A stretch of DNA of 64,000 nucleotides from Gemmatimonadales bacterium (lineage in GTDB: Bacteria; Gemmatimonadota; Gemmatimonadetes; Gemmatimonadales; JACORV01), in the NCBI GenBank assembly GCA_049513575.1, contig JBEKVZ010000007.1, positions 10,612 through 74,611 on the forward strand, written 5' to 3'. The translations under genes were made by a program, and so were the position numbers. The stretch's first letter is position 1. The number at the start of each line of letters is the position of its first letter. Below the pieces are notes generated by a model. That model had not been told where the DNA came from. It saw nothing but the letters and a program-made list of their open reading frames with translations, and searched no databases. Positions 1 through 12,548 of this stretch are shown piece by piece.

Positions 1-480
1 CTGGCGGCGCTGGAAACGCGGGCGCGGACCGGCCTGAGGGTGCTGATCGCGCGCTCCTTCCCGCACACGGGACCGGGCCAGGATGAGCGCTTCGTCGCGC
101 CCGCCTTCGCGCGCCGGCTGCGGGGAGCGCGCCTGGCGGGCGCCCGGGTGGTCAAGGTCGGGAACCTGGAGCCGGTGCGGGACTTCCTGGACGTGCGGGA
201 CGTCGCGGCCGCCTACGCGGCGCTGATCGCGCGCGGAGAGCCCGGGGAGGTGTACAACGTCGCGTCGGGGAAGGGTACCTCGCTCCAGGAGCTTTTCGAA
301 CGGCTGGCGGCGATCGTCGGCGTGAAAGCGATCCCGGAGCCGGACCCCGAATTCGTGCGTCCCGCCGACATCCCGGTGCTGGTGGGCGACAGCGCCAAGC
401 TCCGCTCCGCCACGGGATGGGCGCCACGCATCCCGTTCGATCAAACACTGCGCGACCTGGTCGATGCCCAAGCGGACTGA
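1..480 (+). CDS. NAD-dependent sugar epimerase/reductase, C-terminal part (GDP-6-deoxy-mannose reductase Rmd-like); 5' end outside window
   Basis: Frame 1 is open from base 1; the ORF track starts at 40 only because of the first Met. Extended-SDR C-terminal motifs [24 protein letters not shown]. Confidence 0.6.
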   Translation: MAALETRARTGLRVLIARSFPHTGPGQDERFVAPAFARRLRGARLAGARVVKVGNLEPVRDFLDVRDVAAAYAALIARGEPGEVYNVASGKGTSLQELFERLAAIVGVKAIPEPDPEFVRPADIPVLVGDSAKLRSATGWAPRIPFDQTLRDLVDAQAD

Positions 481-3400
481 TCTCCACCGCATCCTGCTCA
501 TCGGCTCCGGCCCGATCGTGATCGGGCAGGCGGCCGAGTTCGACTATTCCGGCACCCAGGCCGTGAAGGCCCTCAAGGAAGAGGGCTACGAGGTCGTGCT
601 GGTGAACTCGAACCCGGCCACCATCATGACCGACCCCGAGCTGGCGGACCGCACCTACATCGAGCCCGTCACCCCCGAGTGGGTCGAGCTGGTGATCGCG
701 CGCGAGCGGCCGGACGCGCTGCTCCCGACGATGGGGGGCCAGACCGCGCTCAACGTCGCGATGGCGCTGCACCACAACGGGGTGCTCGAGCGCTACGGGG
801 TGGAGCTTATCGGCGCCAACGCCCGGGCGATCGAGATGGCGGAGGACCGCGAGGCGTTCGCGGAGGCGATGCGCCGGATCGGCCTCGAGGTGCCGATGGG
901 CGGTTTCGCCACCTCGGCCGAGCAGGCGGGGGCGATCGTCGCGCGCACCGGCTATCCGGCGATCATCCGGCCCAGCTTCACGCTGGGCGGCACCGGCGGC
1001 GGGATCGCCTACAACCCGGCCGAGCTGCAGGAGCTGGTACAGCGCGGGTTGGACGCCTCGCCGACCCACCGGGTCCTGATCGAGCAGAGCGTGGTGGGGT
1101 GGAAGGAGTTCGAGCTGGAGGTGATGCGCGACGGCCGCGACAACGTCGTGATCGTCTGCTCGATCGAGAACATGGACCCGATGGGCGTGCACACCGGCGA
1201 CAGCATCACCGTGGCGCCGGCGATGACGCTCACCGACCGCGAATACCAGGTGATGCGTGACGCGGCGATCGCGATCATCCGCGAGATCGGCGTGGAGGCG
1301 GGCGGCTGCAACATCCAGTTCGCGCTCAGCCCCGTGGACGGCGAGATGCTGGTGATCGAGATGAATCCCCGCGTCTCGCGCTCCTCGGCGCTGGCCTCCA
1401 AAGCCACCGGCTTCCCGATCGCGCGAATGGGGACCAAACTGGCCGTCGGGTACACGCTGGACGAGCTGCCCAACGACATCACGAAGACGACGCCGGCCTC
1501 CTTCGAGCCGGTCCTGGACTACGTGGTCGTCAAGTTCCCCCGTTTCCCGGTCGAGAAGTTCCCGCTGGCGGACTGGCGGCTCACGACGCAGATGAAGTCG
1601 GTAGGCGAGTCCATGGCGATCGGCCGCACCTTCAAGGAGGCGTTCCAGAAGGGGATCCGGGCGCTCGAAGCGGACCGGTCGGGCTGGGTGATCGGCCAGA
1701 CGGCGGCGGACGACCGCCTCGAGAACGACGATGCCACGACGATCCGCGCCGCACTTCGCCATCCGACGCCCGAGCGCGTGTTCCAGCTCAAGCGGGCACT
1801 TCTCGCCGGGATCGCGCCGCGGGAAGTCGCGCAGCTCACGGCCATCGACCCGTGGTTCGTCCAGCAGCTGGCCGAACTCCTCGAGGCCGAACAGGAGTGG
1901 ACGGAGTTCCGACGGGCGGGCTGGGGAGCCGCCCCGCCGGCCGAGCGCGCGCAGCGCCTGCGGGGGATGAAGCGGTTGGGGTTCTCCGACACGCAGCTTG
2001 CCGCGCTGGCGCTCACGTCCGAGGACGAGATCCGGCGCGAACGGCACTCCCTCGGCATCCGGCCGGCCTACAAGACCGTGGACACGTGCGCCGGCGAGTT
2101 CCCGTCGGCCACGCCGTACCTCTACTCCAGTTACGACGAGGAGGGTGAATCGCAGCCGTTCGGCGAGAGCGGCGTCGTGGTGCTGGGCTCGGGGCCGAAC
2201 CGCATCGGCCAGGGCGTGGAGTTCGACTACTGCTGCGTGCGCGCCGGCCTCGCCTTCCGCGAGCTGGGGTACCGCACGATCATGATCAACTCCAATCCCG
2301 AGACGGTGTCCACCGACTTCGACATCTCGGACAAGCTCTACTTCGAGCCGCTCACATTCGAGGACGTGATCGAGATCGTCGAGCTGGAGCGGCCGCTCGG
2401 GGTCGTGGTGCAGCTCGGCGGCCAGACGCCGCTCAAGCTGACCAAGCGGCTCGAATCGGCGGGAGTCCGGATCCTCGGCACCTCGGCCGACGCGATCGAC
2501 ACGGCGGAGGACCGGCGCCGCTTCGAGGCCATCGCGCGCCGGCTCGGCATCACCCAGCCGCCGAGCGGTACCGCCACCAGCACCGAGGAGGCGCTGGCCG
2601 TGGCGGAGCAGGTGGGGTACCCGGTGCTGGTCCGTCCGTCGTACGTCCTGGGCGGCCGCGCCATGGCGATCATGTACGACGCCGGAGCGCTGCGGGAGTA
2701 CTTTGCCAAGGCGGCTCGCGTCGCCCCGGAGCACCCGGTTCTCATCGACCGCTTCCTCGAGGACGCCTTCGAGGCGGACGTGGACGCCATTGCGGACGGC
2801 GCCACGTGCATGATCGGCGGCGTGATGCAGCACATCGAGGACGCCGGCATCCACTCGGGCGACTCCGCCTGCGTGCTGCCGCCGTATCTCATCGGCGAGC
2901 GCGAGATCGAGGAGATGCGCCGCCACACCAAGGCGCTTGCGGCGGCGTTGGGCGTGGTGGGCCTCATCAACGTCCAGTACGCCATCAGGGACGGCGTGGT
3001 CTACTGTCTCGAGGTGAACCCGCGCGGCTCGCGCACCGTGCCGTTCGTCTCGAAGGCCACCGGCGTCTCGCTCGCGAAACTGGCGGCCGGCGTCATGGCC
3101 GGGCGAACCCTCGGCCAGCTCGGGTTCACGGAGGAGGTCGAGCTGCCGTACGTGGCCGTCAAGGAAGCCGTGTTCCCGTTCAACAAGCTGCCTAACGTGG
3201 ACACGCTCCTCGGTCCGGAGATGCGCTCGACCGGCGAGGTGATGGGCATCGCGGATTCCTTCGGCTGGGCGTTCGCCAAGGCGCAGATCGGGGCCGACGG
3301 GGCGCTGCCGCTGGAGGGCGCGATCTTCGTGACGGTGAACGACCGGGACAAGCCGACCGTGACGCCGATCGTGCGCCGATTTCACGAGATGGGATTCCGT

Positions 3401-3739
3401 CTGATGGCGACCGAAGGCACGGCCCGTTACCTGCAGAAGCGCGGGATTCCGTGTGAGCGAGTAAACAAGGTCTGGGAGGGGAGGCCGAACGCAGTGGATC
3501 TGCTCATGTCTGACGGGGTGCAGTTGCTGATCAACACACCGCTGGGCAAGTACTCGCAGCGGGACGACTACGAGCTGCGGCGCGCGGCGCTGATGCACCG
3601 CGTGCCGTACACGACGACGATGTCGGCGGCGTCCGCCGCGTGCGACGCCGTCATTGCGCTCAAGCACGGGAGGGGCGAGGTGATGTCTCTGCAGGAGTGG
3701 TATGCGGGGCGACACGTCTCCAGCGAGCAGGTGGCCTGA
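464..3739 (+). CDS. carB: carbamoyl-phosphate synthase large subunit
   Basis: 1091 aa. N-terminus [30 protein letters not shown], two ATP-grasp halves, and a C-terminal MGS-like domain. Confidence 0.95.
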   Translation: MPKRTDLHRILLIGSGPIVIGQAAEFDYSGTQAVKALKEEGYEVVLVNSNPATIMTDPELADRTYIEPVTPEWVELVIARERPDALLPTMGGQTALNVAMALHHNGVLERYGVELIGANARAIEMAEDREAFAEAMRRIGLEVPMGGFATSAEQAGAIVARTGYPAIIRPSFTLGGTGGGIAYNPAELQELVQRGLDASPTHRVLIEQSVVGWKEFELEVMRDGRDNVVIVCSIENMDPMGVHTGDSITVAPAMTLTDREYQVMRDAAIAIIREIGVEAGGCNIQFALSPVDGEMLVIEMNPRVSRSSALASKATGFPIARMGTKLAVGYTLDELPNDITKTTPASFEPVLDYVVVKFPRFPVEKFPLADWRLTTQMKSVGESMAIGRTFKEAFQKGIRALEADRSGWVIGQTAADDRLENDDATTIRAALRHPTPERVFQLKRALLAGIAPREVAQLTAIDPWFVQQLAELLEAEQEWTEFRRAGWGAAPPAERAQRLRGMKRLGFSDTQLAALALTSEDEIRRERHSLGIRPAYKTVDTCAGEFPSATPYLYSSYDEEGESQPFGESGVVVLGSGPNRIGQGVEFDYCCVRAGLAFRELGYRTIMINSNPETVSTDFDISDKLYFEPLTFEDVIEIVELERPLGVVVQLGGQTPLKLTKRLESAGVRILGTSADAIDTAEDRRRFEAIARRLGITQPPSGTATSTEEALAVAEQVGYPVLVRPSYVLGGRAMAIMYDAGALREYFAKAARVAPEHPVLIDRFLEDAFEADVDAIADGATCMIGGVMQHIEDAGIHSGDSACVLPPYLIGEREIEEMRRHTKALAAALGVVGLINVQYAIRDGVVYCLEVNPRGSRTVPFVSKATGVSLAKLAAGVMAGRTLGQLGFTEEVELPYVAVKEAVFPFNKLPNVDTLLGPEMRSTGEVMGIADSFGWAFAKAQIGADGALPLEGAIFVTVNDRDKPTVTPIVRRFHEMGFRLMATEGTARYLQKRGIPCERVNKVWEGRPNAVDLLMSDGVQLLINTPLGKYSQRDDYELRRAALMHRVPYTTTMSAASAACDAVIALKHGRGEVMSLQEWYAGRHVSSEQVA

Positions 3740-4698
3740 TGGCCCCGCGCAAGCAGACCGGCAAGGCGACGAAGGCCGAGGCGGTGAAGGGGCCGCCGAA
3801 GGGCTTCCCGGCGTTCCCGGGGGAGCAGCTCGGCGGCGTCTTGAAGTACGGCGAGCCGCTCGGGCGGCACACGACGTTTCGCATCGGCGGGCCGGCGGCC
3901 ATCCACTTCCAGCCGGCGACGGCGGAGGCGGCGGCCGGCGCCGTCGCCTGGGCCAAGCAGCACAAGGTGCCATGGCTCGTCTTGGGCCTCGGCTCGAACG
4001 TGCTGATCCGCGACGGCGGCTTCCCGGGTCTGGTGGTGAAGATCGCCAAGGGGCTGGACGCGGTGTCGCACCGCGCGGGCACCTGGAAGGTCGGGGCCGG
4101 GCTGGCGGTCCCCCTGCTGGCGCGCAAGACCGCGGAGGAGGGGTTCGCCGGCATCCACCGGCTCATCGGCGTGCCGGGCTCGGTCGGCGGCGGTGTGTTC
4201 ATGAACGCGGGCGCCCACGGCCAGAGCTTCGCCGAGGTGCTCATCTCCGCGACAGTCCTCGACCCGAAGGGGAAACTGGTCGAGAAGGCCAAGAAGGACA
4301 TCCCCTTCGAGTACCGGCGCAGCGGGCTGGACGGCCACGTCGTTCTGGGCTGCGCGCTGAGGCTCGAGCCGGACGAGCCGGAGAAGCTGAAGTCGGAGCA
4401 GAGCATGCTGCTGCGCAAGCGGCGTGAGGGCACGCCGTTCGACCAGCCGTGCTGCGGCAGCGTCTTCAAGAACCCCGAGGAGATGACGGCGGGGCGCCTC
4501 ATCGACCGGTGCGGCCTCAAGGGCCGCCGGGTCGGCGGGGCCGAGATCTCCAAGGTGCACGCCAACTACATCGTGAACCTCGGGAACGCCTCGGCGGACG
4601 ACGTGCTGAAGCTCATCGACATCGCGCGCACGGCCGTCTTCAAGGAGTTCGGGCTCGAGCTGGAGCTCGAGGTGAAGGTGCTCGGAGAGGGCAAGTGA
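3739..4698 (+). CDS. murB: UDP-N-acetylenolpyruvoylglucosamine reductase
   Basis: ATG 3739 overlaps the carB TGA (ATGA). Motifs [30 protein letters not shown]. The ORF-track start at 3640 lies inside carB. Confidence 0.9.
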   Translation: MAPRKQTGKATKAEAVKGPPKGFPAFPGEQLGGVLKYGEPLGRHTTFRIGGPAAIHFQPATAEAAAGAVAWAKQHKVPWLVLGLGSNVLIRDGGFPGLVVKIAKGLDAVSHRAGTWKVGAGLAVPLLARKTAEEGFAGIHRLIGVPGSVGGGVFMNAGAHGQSFAEVLISATVLDPKGKLVEKAKKDIPFEYRRSGLDGHVVLGCALRLEPDEPEKLKSEQSMLLRKRREGTPFDQPCCGSVFKNPEEMTAGRLIDRCGLKGRRVGGAEISKVHANYIVNLGNASADDVLKLIDIARTAVFKEFGLELELEVKVLGEGK

Positions 4699-5264
4699 GC
4701 GAGTACTTCGCGCATCCGACGGCGGTGATCGACGCGGGCGCCGTGATCGGCAGCGGCACCAAGATCTGGCACTTTTGCCACGTGATGCCCGGTGCGGTGA
4801 TCGGCGATCGGTGCGTGCTCGGCCAGAACGTCGTGGTGATGCCGGGGACCCGGATCGGCAGCAACGTGAAGATCCAGAACAACGTCTCGATCTACGAGGG
4901 CGTCGAGCTCGAGGACGACGTGTTCTGCGGGCCCTCGATGGTCTTCACCAACGTGACCTTCCCCCGCAGCCACGTGATCCGGAAGGGGGAGTACGAGCGC
5001 ACGCTCTGCAAGCGGGGCGCGACCATTGGCGCTAACGCCACGGTGATCTGCGGCAGCACGCTGGGGCGGTTCGCCTTCGTGGGCGCCGGCGCGGTGGTGA
5101 CCCGGGACGTGAAGGACCACGCCCTGGTGGTTGGCAACCCCGCCAAGCAGGTGGGGTGGATGTGCCAGTGCGGCGAGCGACTCCGGCTCGCTGCCGGCAA
5201 GGGCCGCTGTGCGCGCTGCGGCACCGCCTACGTCGAGCGGGGCGGGGAGCTGGTCGCGCAATGA
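4695..5264 (+). CDS. hexapeptide-repeat N-acetyltransferase (WbpD/WlbB-like, acting on UDP-aminosugar)
   Basis: GTG 4695 overlaps the murB stop. Left-handed beta-helix hexapeptide repeats ([40 protein letters not shown]). Confidence 0.75.
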   Translation: MSEYFAHPTAVIDAGAVIGSGTKIWHFCHVMPGAVIGDRCVLGQNVVVMPGTRIGSNVKIQNNVSIYEGVELEDDVFCGPSMVFTNVTFPRSHVIRKGEYERTLCKRGATIGANATVICGSTLGRFAFVGAGAVVTRDVKDHALVVGNPAKQVGWMCQCGERLRLAAGKGRCARCGTAYVERGGELVAQ

Positions 5265-6379
5265 ACGTTCCGCTGCTGGACCTGAAGGCGCAGCACCGCA
5301 CCATCCGCGACGAGGTGGTCGCGAAGGTCATGGAAGTCGTGGACGCGCAGCTCTTCATCCTCGGCCAGCCGGTGCTGGATCTCGAGGCGAGGATGGCGGA
5401 GCTCTCCCACGCCCGGTTCGGCATCGGAGTGGCGAGCGGGACCGACGCCCTCCTGCTGCCGCTGAAGGCCCTCGACCTCAGGCCCGGCGACGAGGTGATC
5501 ACGGTTCCGTTCACCTTCTTCGCCACGGCCGGCGCGATCCACAATGCGAGCGCCAAGCCGGTGTTCGTGGACATCGAGGCCGACACCTACAACATGGATC
5601 CGGCCGCCCTCGAGGCTGCGATCACGCCCCGCACGCGCGCCATCATGCCCGTCCACCTCTTCGGGCAGATGGCGGCAATGGAGCGGATCCTGGCGGTGGC
5701 CGGCCGGCACGGCATCCCGGTGATCGAGGACGCGGCGCAGGCGATCGGCGCGCGCCGCCGGATCGATGGCACCTCGCGGATGGCCGGAGAGCTGGGCGCG
5801 GCGACCGGATTCTCGTTCTTCCCGTCGAAGAACCTCGGCGGGTGGGGCGACAGCGGGATGGTCGTCGCGAACGACGAGCAGATCGCGATGCGGGTGCGCC
5901 GGCTGCGGGTGCACGGCGGGCTCCAGACCTACTTCCACGACGAGGTCGGGACCAACTCGCGGCTCGACGCCCTCCAGGCGGCGGTGCTGCTGGCCAAGCT
6001 CCCGCACCTCGCGGCGTGGAGCGCCGCGCGCCGCGCCAACGCCGCGCGCTACTCGCAGGCACTGGCGGGGCTGGGCGCGGTCCGGACCCCGGTGACCGAC
6101 CCGGCCAACGAGCACATCTACAACCAGTACGTCGTGTCGGTGGACCGGCGCGACGCGCTGCAGGCACACCTCAAGGCGCACGGCGTCGGCACGGCGATCT
6201 ACTACCCGCTGGCGCTCCACCTCCAGCCCTGCTTCGCGCACCTCCGCTACCCGAAGGGCGCGTTCCCGGTGTCCGAGGCGGCGACGGAGCGGGTCCTCGC
6301 GCTCCCGGTCTACCCGGAGCTCTCTGAGGCCCAGCAGGCGCACGTTGTAGAGACCATCCGGAGCTTCTACGGCGACTGA
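5261..6379 (+). CDS. DegT/DnrJ/EryC1/StrS family PLP-dependent aminotransferase (WbpE-like)
   Basis: ATG 5261 overlaps the upstream stop. N-terminus [12 protein letters not shown]; [10 protein letters not shown] region typical of the family. Confidence 0.85.
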   Translation: MNVPLLDLKAQHRTIRDEVVAKVMEVVDAQLFILGQPVLDLEARMAELSHARFGIGVASGTDALLLPLKALDLRPGDEVITVPFTFFATAGAIHNASAKPVFVDIEADTYNMDPAALEAAITPRTRAIMPVHLFGQMAAMERILAVAGRHGIPVIEDAAQAIGARRRIDGTSRMAGELGAATGFSFFPSKNLGGWGDSGMVVANDEQIAMRVRRLRVHGGLQTYFHDEVGTNSRLDALQAAVLLAKLPHLAAWSAARRANAARYSQALAGLGAVRTPVTDPANEHIYNQYVVSVDRRDALQAHLKAHGVGTAIYYPLALHLQPCFAHLRYPKGAFPVSEAATERVLALPVYPELSEAQQAHVVETIRSFYGD

Positions 6380-6395
6380 GGCACGACGCGGAGGG

Positions 6396-7697
6396 TTGAT
6401 GGGAAAGCACGAGCAGGCTCTGATCAAGAAGGCGCAGGACCGCACCGCGCTGATCGGCATCGTCGGGCTGGGGTACGTCGGCCTGCCGCTCGCCGTGGAA
6501 TTCGCCGAGGCGGGGTACACCGTCCTCGGCTTCGACGTGACGAAACGGGTGGTGGACGGAATCAACGCCGGCCGCTCCCACGTGCAGGACATCCCCAGCG
6601 CGAGGCTGGGCAAGCTCGTAACGGCGGGCAAGCTCTCGGCGACCACCGACCTGGCAAAGCTCGGGGAGCCGGACCTGGTGGCCATCTGCGTCCCCACGCC
6701 CCTCTCGAAGACCCACGACCCTGACATCTCGTTCGTCAGCGCGGCCACCGAGAGCGTGGCGAAGGCGGTCCGGCCGGGACAGGCGATCGTCCTTCAGAGC
6801 ACCACCTATCCGGGCACCACGCGCGAGCTGATGATGCCGGCGCTGGAAAGGGGGGCTCTCAAGGTGGGGACCGACATCTTCCTCGCCTTCAGCCCCGAGC
6901 GCGTGGACCCGGGCAACCCGAGGTACAACACGCGCAACACGCCCAAGATCGTGGGCGGCGTGACGCCGGCCTGCACCCGCGTCGTGATGGCGCTCTATCA
7001 GCCGGCGATCGAGACACTGGTCGCGGTCTCGTCCCCCGAGGCGGCGGAGCTGGTCAAGCTGCTGGAGAACACCTTCCGCTCGGTGAACATCGGCCTCGTG
7101 AACGAGATGGCGATCGTCTGCGACAAGCTCGGCGTGGATGTGTGGGAGGTCATCGAGGCGGCCTCCACCAAGCCGTTCGGCTTCATGAAGTTCACGCCGG
7201 GCCCCGGAGTGGGCGGGCACTGCATCCCCCTCGATCCACACTATCTCGCCTGGAAGATGCGCTCCCTGAACTACCGCACCCGATTCATCGAGCTGGCGGG
7301 GGAGATCAACTCGGAGATGCCGGAGTATTGGGTCGAGAAGGTCGTGTCGGCGCTCAACGACCAGGGCAAGCCGGCGAAGGGCTCCACAGTGCTCGTCGTG
7401 GGGATCGCCTACAAGAAGGACATCGACGATCTGCGCGAGAGCCCGGCCTTGGACGTCATCCGACTCCTCGAGCGGCAAGGCGCCAAGGTCGAGTACCACG
7501 ATCCGTTCATCCCGGAGCTGCGGGAGGACGGGAAGACGCTGAAGTCAGTGCCGCTCACGGCGGAGACGGTGCGCGGCGCGGACTGCGTGGTCATCGTCAC
7601 CGACCATTCGAAGCTCGATTACGTGATGCTGGCGAAGGAGGCCAGGGCGCTGGTAGACACACGCCACGCCGTGGCGAGCCGCGCCAAGGCGAAGTAG
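6396..7697 (+). CDS. nucleotide-sugar 6-dehydrogenase (UDP-N-acetyl-aminosugar dehydrogenase type, WbpA/WecC-like)
   Basis: Rossmann GLGYVGLPLA and catalytic GGHCIPLDP. UDP-glucose/GDP-mannose dehydrogenase family architecture. Confidence 0.85.
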   Translation: MMGKHEQALIKKAQDRTALIGIVGLGYVGLPLAVEFAEAGYTVLGFDVTKRVVDGINAGRSHVQDIPSARLGKLVTAGKLSATTDLAKLGEPDLVAICVPTPLSKTHDPDISFVSAATESVAKAVRPGQAIVLQSTTYPGTTRELMMPALERGALKVGTDIFLAFSPERVDPGNPRYNTRNTPKIVGGVTPACTRVVMALYQPAIETLVAVSSPEAAELVKLLENTFRSVNIGLVNEMAIVCDKLGVDVWEVIEAASTKPFGFMKFTPGPGVGGHCIPLDPHYLAWKMRSLNYRTRFIELAGEINSEMPEYWVEKVVSALNDQGKPAKGSTVLVVGIAYKKDIDDLRESPALDVIRLLERQGAKVEYHDPFIPELREDGKTLKSVPLTAETVRGADCVVIVTDHSKLDYVMLAKEARALVDTRHAVASRAKAK

Positions 7698-7701
7698 CGC
7701 G

Positions 7702-8583
7702 TTGCGCGTCGGCGTCACCGGAGCGCGCGGCCTCCTCGGCACGATGCTGGTGCCGCTCTGGCGGAAGGCCGGTGCGCAGGTCGTCTCGTGGGATCTCGGC
7801 GATTTCGACGTGCGGGATGCGGACGTCGTGCGGCGCGCGATGGCCGATGCGCACCCGGACGTGGTGATCCACGCCGCGGCTTACACCGCCGTGGACCGCG
7901 CCGAGTCCGAGCCCGACTTGGCGATGGCTGTGAACCGGGATGGCACCGCCAACGTCTGCCGGGCGTGTGTGGAGGCGAAAGCGCGAGTGGTGTACGTCAG
8001 CACCGACTACGTCTTCGATGGGAGCGCCTCGGCGCCGATCTCACCCGGCGCCAGGCGCACGCCCCTCGGCGCCTACGCGCGGGCGAAGGCCGAGGGCGAG
8101 GCGGCCGTCGAGCGGTCGACCGGACCCTGGACGATCGTGAGGAGTGAGTGGGTCTTCGGCCCCGGCGGCCCCAACTTCGTGGATACGGTGCGCAAGGCCG
8201 CCGCGGAGGGACGCGCGCTCCGGGTTGTGAGCGACCAGGTCGGCGCGCCGACCTCGACCCGGCTGCTGAGCGAGGGGCTGTGGGGGCTGGTCCGGCTGGC
8301 GACGACCGGCCACTGGCACCTGACCGCGTCGGGTGCGGCGTCGTGGTTCGAGGTGGCGCGCACCGTCTACGCTGCCGCGGGTGCGGACCCCGCGCTCGTG
8401 ACGCCGTGCACCACAGCCGAATTTGGGCGCTCCGCGCCCCGCCCGGCCTACTCCGTGCTCGAGTGCGGCGCCACCCGGACGGCGCTGGGCGTATCCCTGC
8501 CGGCGTGGGAGAAGCACGTCACGGCCTACGTGCGCACCGGCCGCGTGCCGGGGCTGGGGCTCATCGAAGGGGAGGCTGCGTGA
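7702..8583 (+). CDS. rfbD: dTDP-4-dehydrorhamnose reductase
   Basis: TTG start. RmlD-type SDR with GARGLLG and STDYVFDG. Sits next to rmlA-like and rfbB. Confidence 0.8.
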   Translation: MRVGVTGARGLLGTMLVPLWRKAGAQVVSWDLGDFDVRDADVVRRAMADAHPDVVIHAAAYTAVDRAESEPDLAMAVNRDGTANVCRACVEAKARVVYVSTDYVFDGSASAPISPGARRTPLGAYARAKAEGEAAVERSTGPWTIVRSEWVFGPGGPNFVDTVRKAAAEGRALRVVSDQVGAPTSTRLLSEGLWGLVRLATTGHWHLTASGAASWFEVARTVYAAAGADPALVTPCTTAEFGRSAPRPAYSVLECGATRTALGVSLPAWEKHVTAYVRTGRVPGLGLIEGEAA

Positions 8584-9308
8584 AGGGCGTCGTCCTCGCG
8601 GGCGGGCTCGGGACCCGGTTGGCCCCGATGACCCGGGTGACCAACAAGCACCTCCTGCCGATCTATGACCGGCCGATGGTCTACTACCCGATCCAGGCGC
8701 TCGTGGAGGCTGGGATCAGCGAGATCCTCCTGGTGACCGGGGGGAACCACGCTGGCGACTTCCTCCGCCTCCTCGGCAACGGGAAGGACTTCGGTCTCAA
8801 GCACCTGAACTACACCTACCAGGAAGGGGAGGGCGGCATCGCCGCCGCCCTGCTGCTCGCCGAGGACTTCGCCGACGGCGAGCCCATCTGCGTCGTGCTC
8901 GGCGACAACATCCTCCAGAAGTCCATCCGGCCGGCGGTCGAGAAGTACGGCCGCAGAAACAAGGGCGGGATGATCCTGCTCAAGGAGGTCCCGGACCCGG
9001 AGCGCTTCGGCGTGCCGGTGCTCGAGGGCGACCGGATCGTGCGGATCGAGGAGAAGCCGAAGTCGCCGAAGTCCCGCTACGCGGTCATCGGCGTCTACAT
9101 GTACGACGCACGCGTCTTCGACATCATCAAGACGCTCAAGCCGTCCGGGCGCGGCGAGCTGGAGATCACCGACGTCAACAATCAGTACCTCGCCTGGGGC
9201 GAGCTCGACTACGGGCACGTGGATGGCTGGTGGACCGACGCGGGCGCCATCGAGAGCCTGTACCATGCGACCTGCCTCGTGGCGCAGGAGCGCTCGGAGG
9301 GGCGATGA
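8580..9308 (+). CDS. sugar-1-phosphate nucleotidyltransferase, short RmlA-like form
   Basis: GTG 8580 overlaps the rfbD stop. GGLGTRLAPMT pyrophosphorylase signature; 242 aa. Confidence 0.8.
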   Translation: MKGVVLAGGLGTRLAPMTRVTNKHLLPIYDRPMVYYPIQALVEAGISEILLVTGGNHAGDFLRLLGNGKDFGLKHLNYTYQEGEGGIAAALLLAEDFADGEPICVVLGDNILQKSIRPAVEKYGRRNKGGMILLKEVPDPERFGVPVLEGDRIVRIEEKPKSPKSRYAVIGVYMYDARVFDIIKTLKPSGRGELEITDVNNQYLAWGELDYGHVDGWWTDAGAIESLYHATCLVAQERSEGR

Positions 9309-10321
9309 AGCTCGTCGTGACGGGCGGCCTCGGCTTCATCGGATCGAACTTCATCCGGATGGTCCTGCGCGACCGGGCGGGCTGGTCGGTCACGAACCTC
9401 GACCTCGTGACCTACGCCGGCAATCCCGCCAACCTCGCCGATCTCGAGCGCCACCCCGACTACCGATTCGTGAAGGGCGACATCGCCGAGCCGAAGGACG
9501 TGGCCTGTGCCTTCGAGGGCGGCGCCGACGCCATCGTGAACTTCGCCGCCGAGAGCCACGTGGACCGCTCGATCCTCTCGGCCGAGCCGTTCGTGCGCAC
9601 CAACGTCGTGGGCACGGTCCGCCTGCTCGAGGCGGCGCGGGCACTGTCGAAGTGCCGGGTCGTGCACGTCTCGACGGACGAAGTCTACGGGGCGCTCACG
9701 CCCGACGATCCCCCGTTCACCGAGCAGACACCCCTGAGCCCGACCAGCCCCTACGCTGCGAGCAAGGCCGCCGCCGACCTTCTGGCCCTGGCCTTCGCGC
9801 GTACGCACGGCCAGGACGTGGTCGTCACCCGCTGCTCCAACAACTACGGCCCGTACCAGTTCCCCGAGAAGCTGATCCCGCTGATGATCACCAACGCGAT
9901 CGAGGGGAAGAAGCTCCCGGTCTACGGCGACGGGCGGCAAGTGCGGGACTGGATCCACGTGGAGGACCACTGCGCCGGCGTGCTGGGTGCGCTCGAGAAG
10001 GGCGCGGCGGGCGAGGTCTACAACTTCGGAGCGCGCGCCGAGCGGTTCAACCTCGACATCGTCTCGCGCATCGTGGCGCTGCTCAAGGTGCAGCCGGAGC
10101 TGGTGGAGCACGTGAAGGACCGGCCGGCGCACGATCGCCGGTACGCGATGGACGCCGCGAAGGCGGAGCGGGAGCTGGGGTGGCGGCCCGCCCGCACCTT
10201 CGAGCAGGGATTGGCCGACACGGTCCGCTGGTACGTCGAGCACGACGACTGGTGGCGCCCCGTGAAAGACGGCTCGTACAGGGACTTCTATCGCACCTGG
10301 TATGAGGAGCGCGGGAAATGA
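9305..10321 (+). CDS. rfbB: dTDP-glucose 4,6-dehydratase
   Basis: ATG 9305 (ATGA overlap). GGLGFIGSNF, YAASKAAADLL, RCSNNYGPYQFPEKLIP. Confidence 0.9.
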   Translation: MKLVVTGGLGFIGSNFIRMVLRDRAGWSVTNLDLVTYAGNPANLADLERHPDYRFVKGDIAEPKDVACAFEGGADAIVNFAAESHVDRSILSAEPFVRTNVVGTVRLLEAARALSKCRVVHVSTDEVYGALTPDDPPFTEQTPLSPTSPYAASKAAADLLALAFARTHGQDVVVTRCSNNYGPYQFPEKLIPLMITNAIEGKKLPVYGDGRQVRDWIHVEDHCAGVLGALEKGAAGEVYNFGARAERFNLDIVSRIVALLKVQPELVEHVKDRPAHDRRYAMDAAKAERELGWRPARTFEQGLADTVRWYVEHDDWWRPVKDGSYRDFYRTWYEERGK

Positions 10322-11616
10322 ACGTCGCGGTTGTGGGGACAGGCTACGTGGGGCTGGTGGTGGGCGCGGGCCTGGCGGAGATGGGAAACACGGTCGTCTG
10401 CGCCGACGTGGACGCCGCCAAGATCGAGCGCCTCAAGCGGAACGACGTGCCCATCTTCGAGCCGGGCCTGGAGCCGCTCGTGGCGCGCAACCAGGCCGAG
10501 GGACGACTCTCGTTCACCACCGACGTGGGCGACGCCGTGGAGCGGAGCGACGTGGTGCTGATCGCGGTCGGCACCCCACCGGACGAGGACGGCTCCGCCG
10601 ACCTGACGCATGTGCTGAGCGTGGCCGACACAGTCGGCCGCCACATGAACCGGCCCAAGGTGGTGGTGACCAAGAGCACGGTGCCGGTGGGCACCGCGGA
10701 AAAGGTCCGCGCGGCGGTCGCCGCGCGCACGAAGGTGCAGTTTCACGTCGCGTCCAACCCGGAATTTCTGAAGGAGGGCGCGGCGGTCCAGGACTTCATG
10801 AAGCCGGATCGCATCGTGCTCGGCGTGGACAGCCCCGAGGCCGAAGCGAAGCTCCGGGAGCTGTACGAGCCGTTTGTGCGCACCGGCAACCCACTCCTCC
10901 TCATGGACATCTCCTCCGCCGAGGTCACGAAGTACGCCGCCAACGCGATGCTGGCGGTGCGGATCACCCTGATGAACCAGTTCGCCAGCCTGTGCGAGAA
11001 GGTCGGGGCCGACGTGGAGCAGGTGCGGCGCGGGATCGGCAGCGACGCGCGGATCGGTAAGGCATTTCTTTTCGCGGGGCCGGGCTACGGCGGCTCCTGC
11101 TTCCCCAAGGACGTGAAGGCGCTCTGCGCCTCCGGCCGCGAGGTCGGCGCTCCGCTCGACGTGCTGGAGTGCGTGGACCGGGTCAACGGGCGCCAGAAGC
11201 GGATGCCGGTCGAGAAGCTGGGGCGCGCGCTCGGCTCCCTCGCGGGCAAGACCGTCGCGATCTGGGGCCTCGCGTTCAAGGCGCAGACCGACGACATGCG
11301 CGAGGCGGCCGCGCTGGTGGTGGTCGAGGAGCTGCTGGCGGCCGGCGCGAAGCTCCGGGTGCATGATCCCAAGGCGGTGGCCGAGGCGCGCCGCCGCTTC
11401 GGCGACCGCGTGATCTACGTCGAGCACCGCTACGACGCGCTGGACGGAGCCGACGCGCTCCTGGTCCTCACCGAGTGGCAGGAGTACCGGGTCCTGGACT
11501 ACGACCAGGCGAAGCGACGGATGAAACGGCCGGTGGTGGTGGACGCCCGCAACCTCTACGAACCGGGGCGCATGCGGGAGCACGGCTTCGCCTATGATTC
11601 GGTGGGGCGGCCCTGA
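10318..11616 (+). CDS. ugd: UDP-glucose 6-dehydrogenase
   Basis: [21 protein letters not shown] and catalytic GGSCFPKD; 432 aa. Confidence 0.9.
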   Translation: MNVAVVGTGYVGLVVGAGLAEMGNTVVCADVDAAKIERLKRNDVPIFEPGLEPLVARNQAEGRLSFTTDVGDAVERSDVVLIAVGTPPDEDGSADLTHVLSVADTVGRHMNRPKVVVTKSTVPVGTAEKVRAAVAARTKVQFHVASNPEFLKEGAAVQDFMKPDRIVLGVDSPEAEAKLRELYEPFVRTGNPLLLMDISSAEVTKYAANAMLAVRITLMNQFASLCEKVGADVEQVRRGIGSDARIGKAFLFAGPGYGGSCFPKDVKALCASGREVGAPLDVLECVDRVNGRQKRMPVEKLGRALGSLAGKTVAIWGLAFKAQTDDMREAAALVVVEELLAAGAKLRVHDPKAVAEARRRFGDRVIYVEHRYDALDGADALLVLTEWQEYRVLDYDQAKRRMKRPVVVDARNLYEPGRMREHGFAYDSVGRP

Positions 11617-12548
11617 TGCGCGTCCTGATCACCGGCGTGGCAGGCTTTCTCGGCTCCCATCTCGCGGACCGCTTCATCGGGGCGGGGCACTTGGTCGTCG
11701 GGATGGACAACTTCGTCACCGGCAGCCCGGACAACATCGCGCACCTGACGGGGAACAAGCGGTTCGCCTTTTTCGAGCACAACGTCACGAACTTCATCTA
11801 CGTCGAGGGACCGCTCGATGGCGTGCTCCACTTCGCCTCGCCGGCGAGTCCCCGCGACTACCTCGAGCTGCCGATCCAGACCCTCAAGGTCGGCTCTCTG
11901 GGCACGCACAAGGCGCTGGGGATCGCCAAGGCCAAGGGCGCTCGGTTCCTCCTCGCCTCGACCTCCGAGGTGTACGGCGATCCGCTGGTGCATCCGCAGC
12001 CCGAGGACTACTGGGGCAACGTGAACCCGGTCGGCCCGCGTGGCGTCTACGACGAGGCGAAGCGGTTCGCCGAAGCGATGACGATGGCCTACCACCGTTA
12101 CCACGGGCTGGACACCCGCATCGTCCGGATCTTCAACACCTACGGGCCGCGGATGCGGGTCCGCGACGGACGCGTGGTCTCCAACTTCATCGTCCAGGCG
12201 CTCAAAGGCGAGCTGATCACCGTGTACGGCGACGGCAGCCAGACCCGCTCCTTCACCTACGTGGACGACCTGGTGGACGGCATCGTGCGCCTGTTCGAAC
12301 GCGGCACCAGCGAGCCGGTCAACGTCGGCAATCCGAACGAGTTCACGGTGCTCCAGCTTGCGCAGCTCGTCCTCAAGCTGACGGGTTCGGCCTCGCGGAT
12401 CGTGCATGAGCCGCTCCCGCAGGACGACCCCAAGGTCCGCCAGCCCGACATCACGCGCGCCCGCTCGCTCCTCGGCTGGCAGCCGGCGGTGGAGCTGGAG
12501 CGGGGGCTGGGCGCGACGATCGACTACTTCAAGAAGAAGCTCGCGTGA
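11616..12548 (+). CDS. uxs: UDP-glucuronate decarboxylase (UDP-xylose synthase)
   Basis: ATGA overlap with ugd. [29 protein letters not shown]. Confidence 0.85.
   Translation: MRVLITGVAGFLGSHLADRFIGAGHLVVGMDNFVTGSPDNIAHLTGNKRFAFFEHNVTNFIYVEGPLDGVLHFASPASPRDYLELPIQTLKVGSLGTHKALGIAKAKGARFLLASTSEVYGDPLVHPQPEDYWGNVNPVGPRGVYDEAKRFAEAMTMAYHRYHGLDTRIVRIFNTYGPRMRVRDGRVVSNFIVQALKGELITVYGDGSQTRSFTYVDDLVDGIVRLFERGTSEPVNVGNPNEFTVLQLAQLVLKLTGSASRIVHEPLPQDDPKVRQPDITRARSLLGWQPAVELERGLGATIDYFKKKLA

Noticed and set aside
152-3973. 1273-aa ORF on the minus strand antisense to carB
   Set aside because: Its composition is Arg/Pro/Gly/Ala-rich and low-complexity. It lies exactly opposite a gene with an unambiguous CarB translation. 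This is a typical stop-poor shadow frame in very GC-rich DNA.
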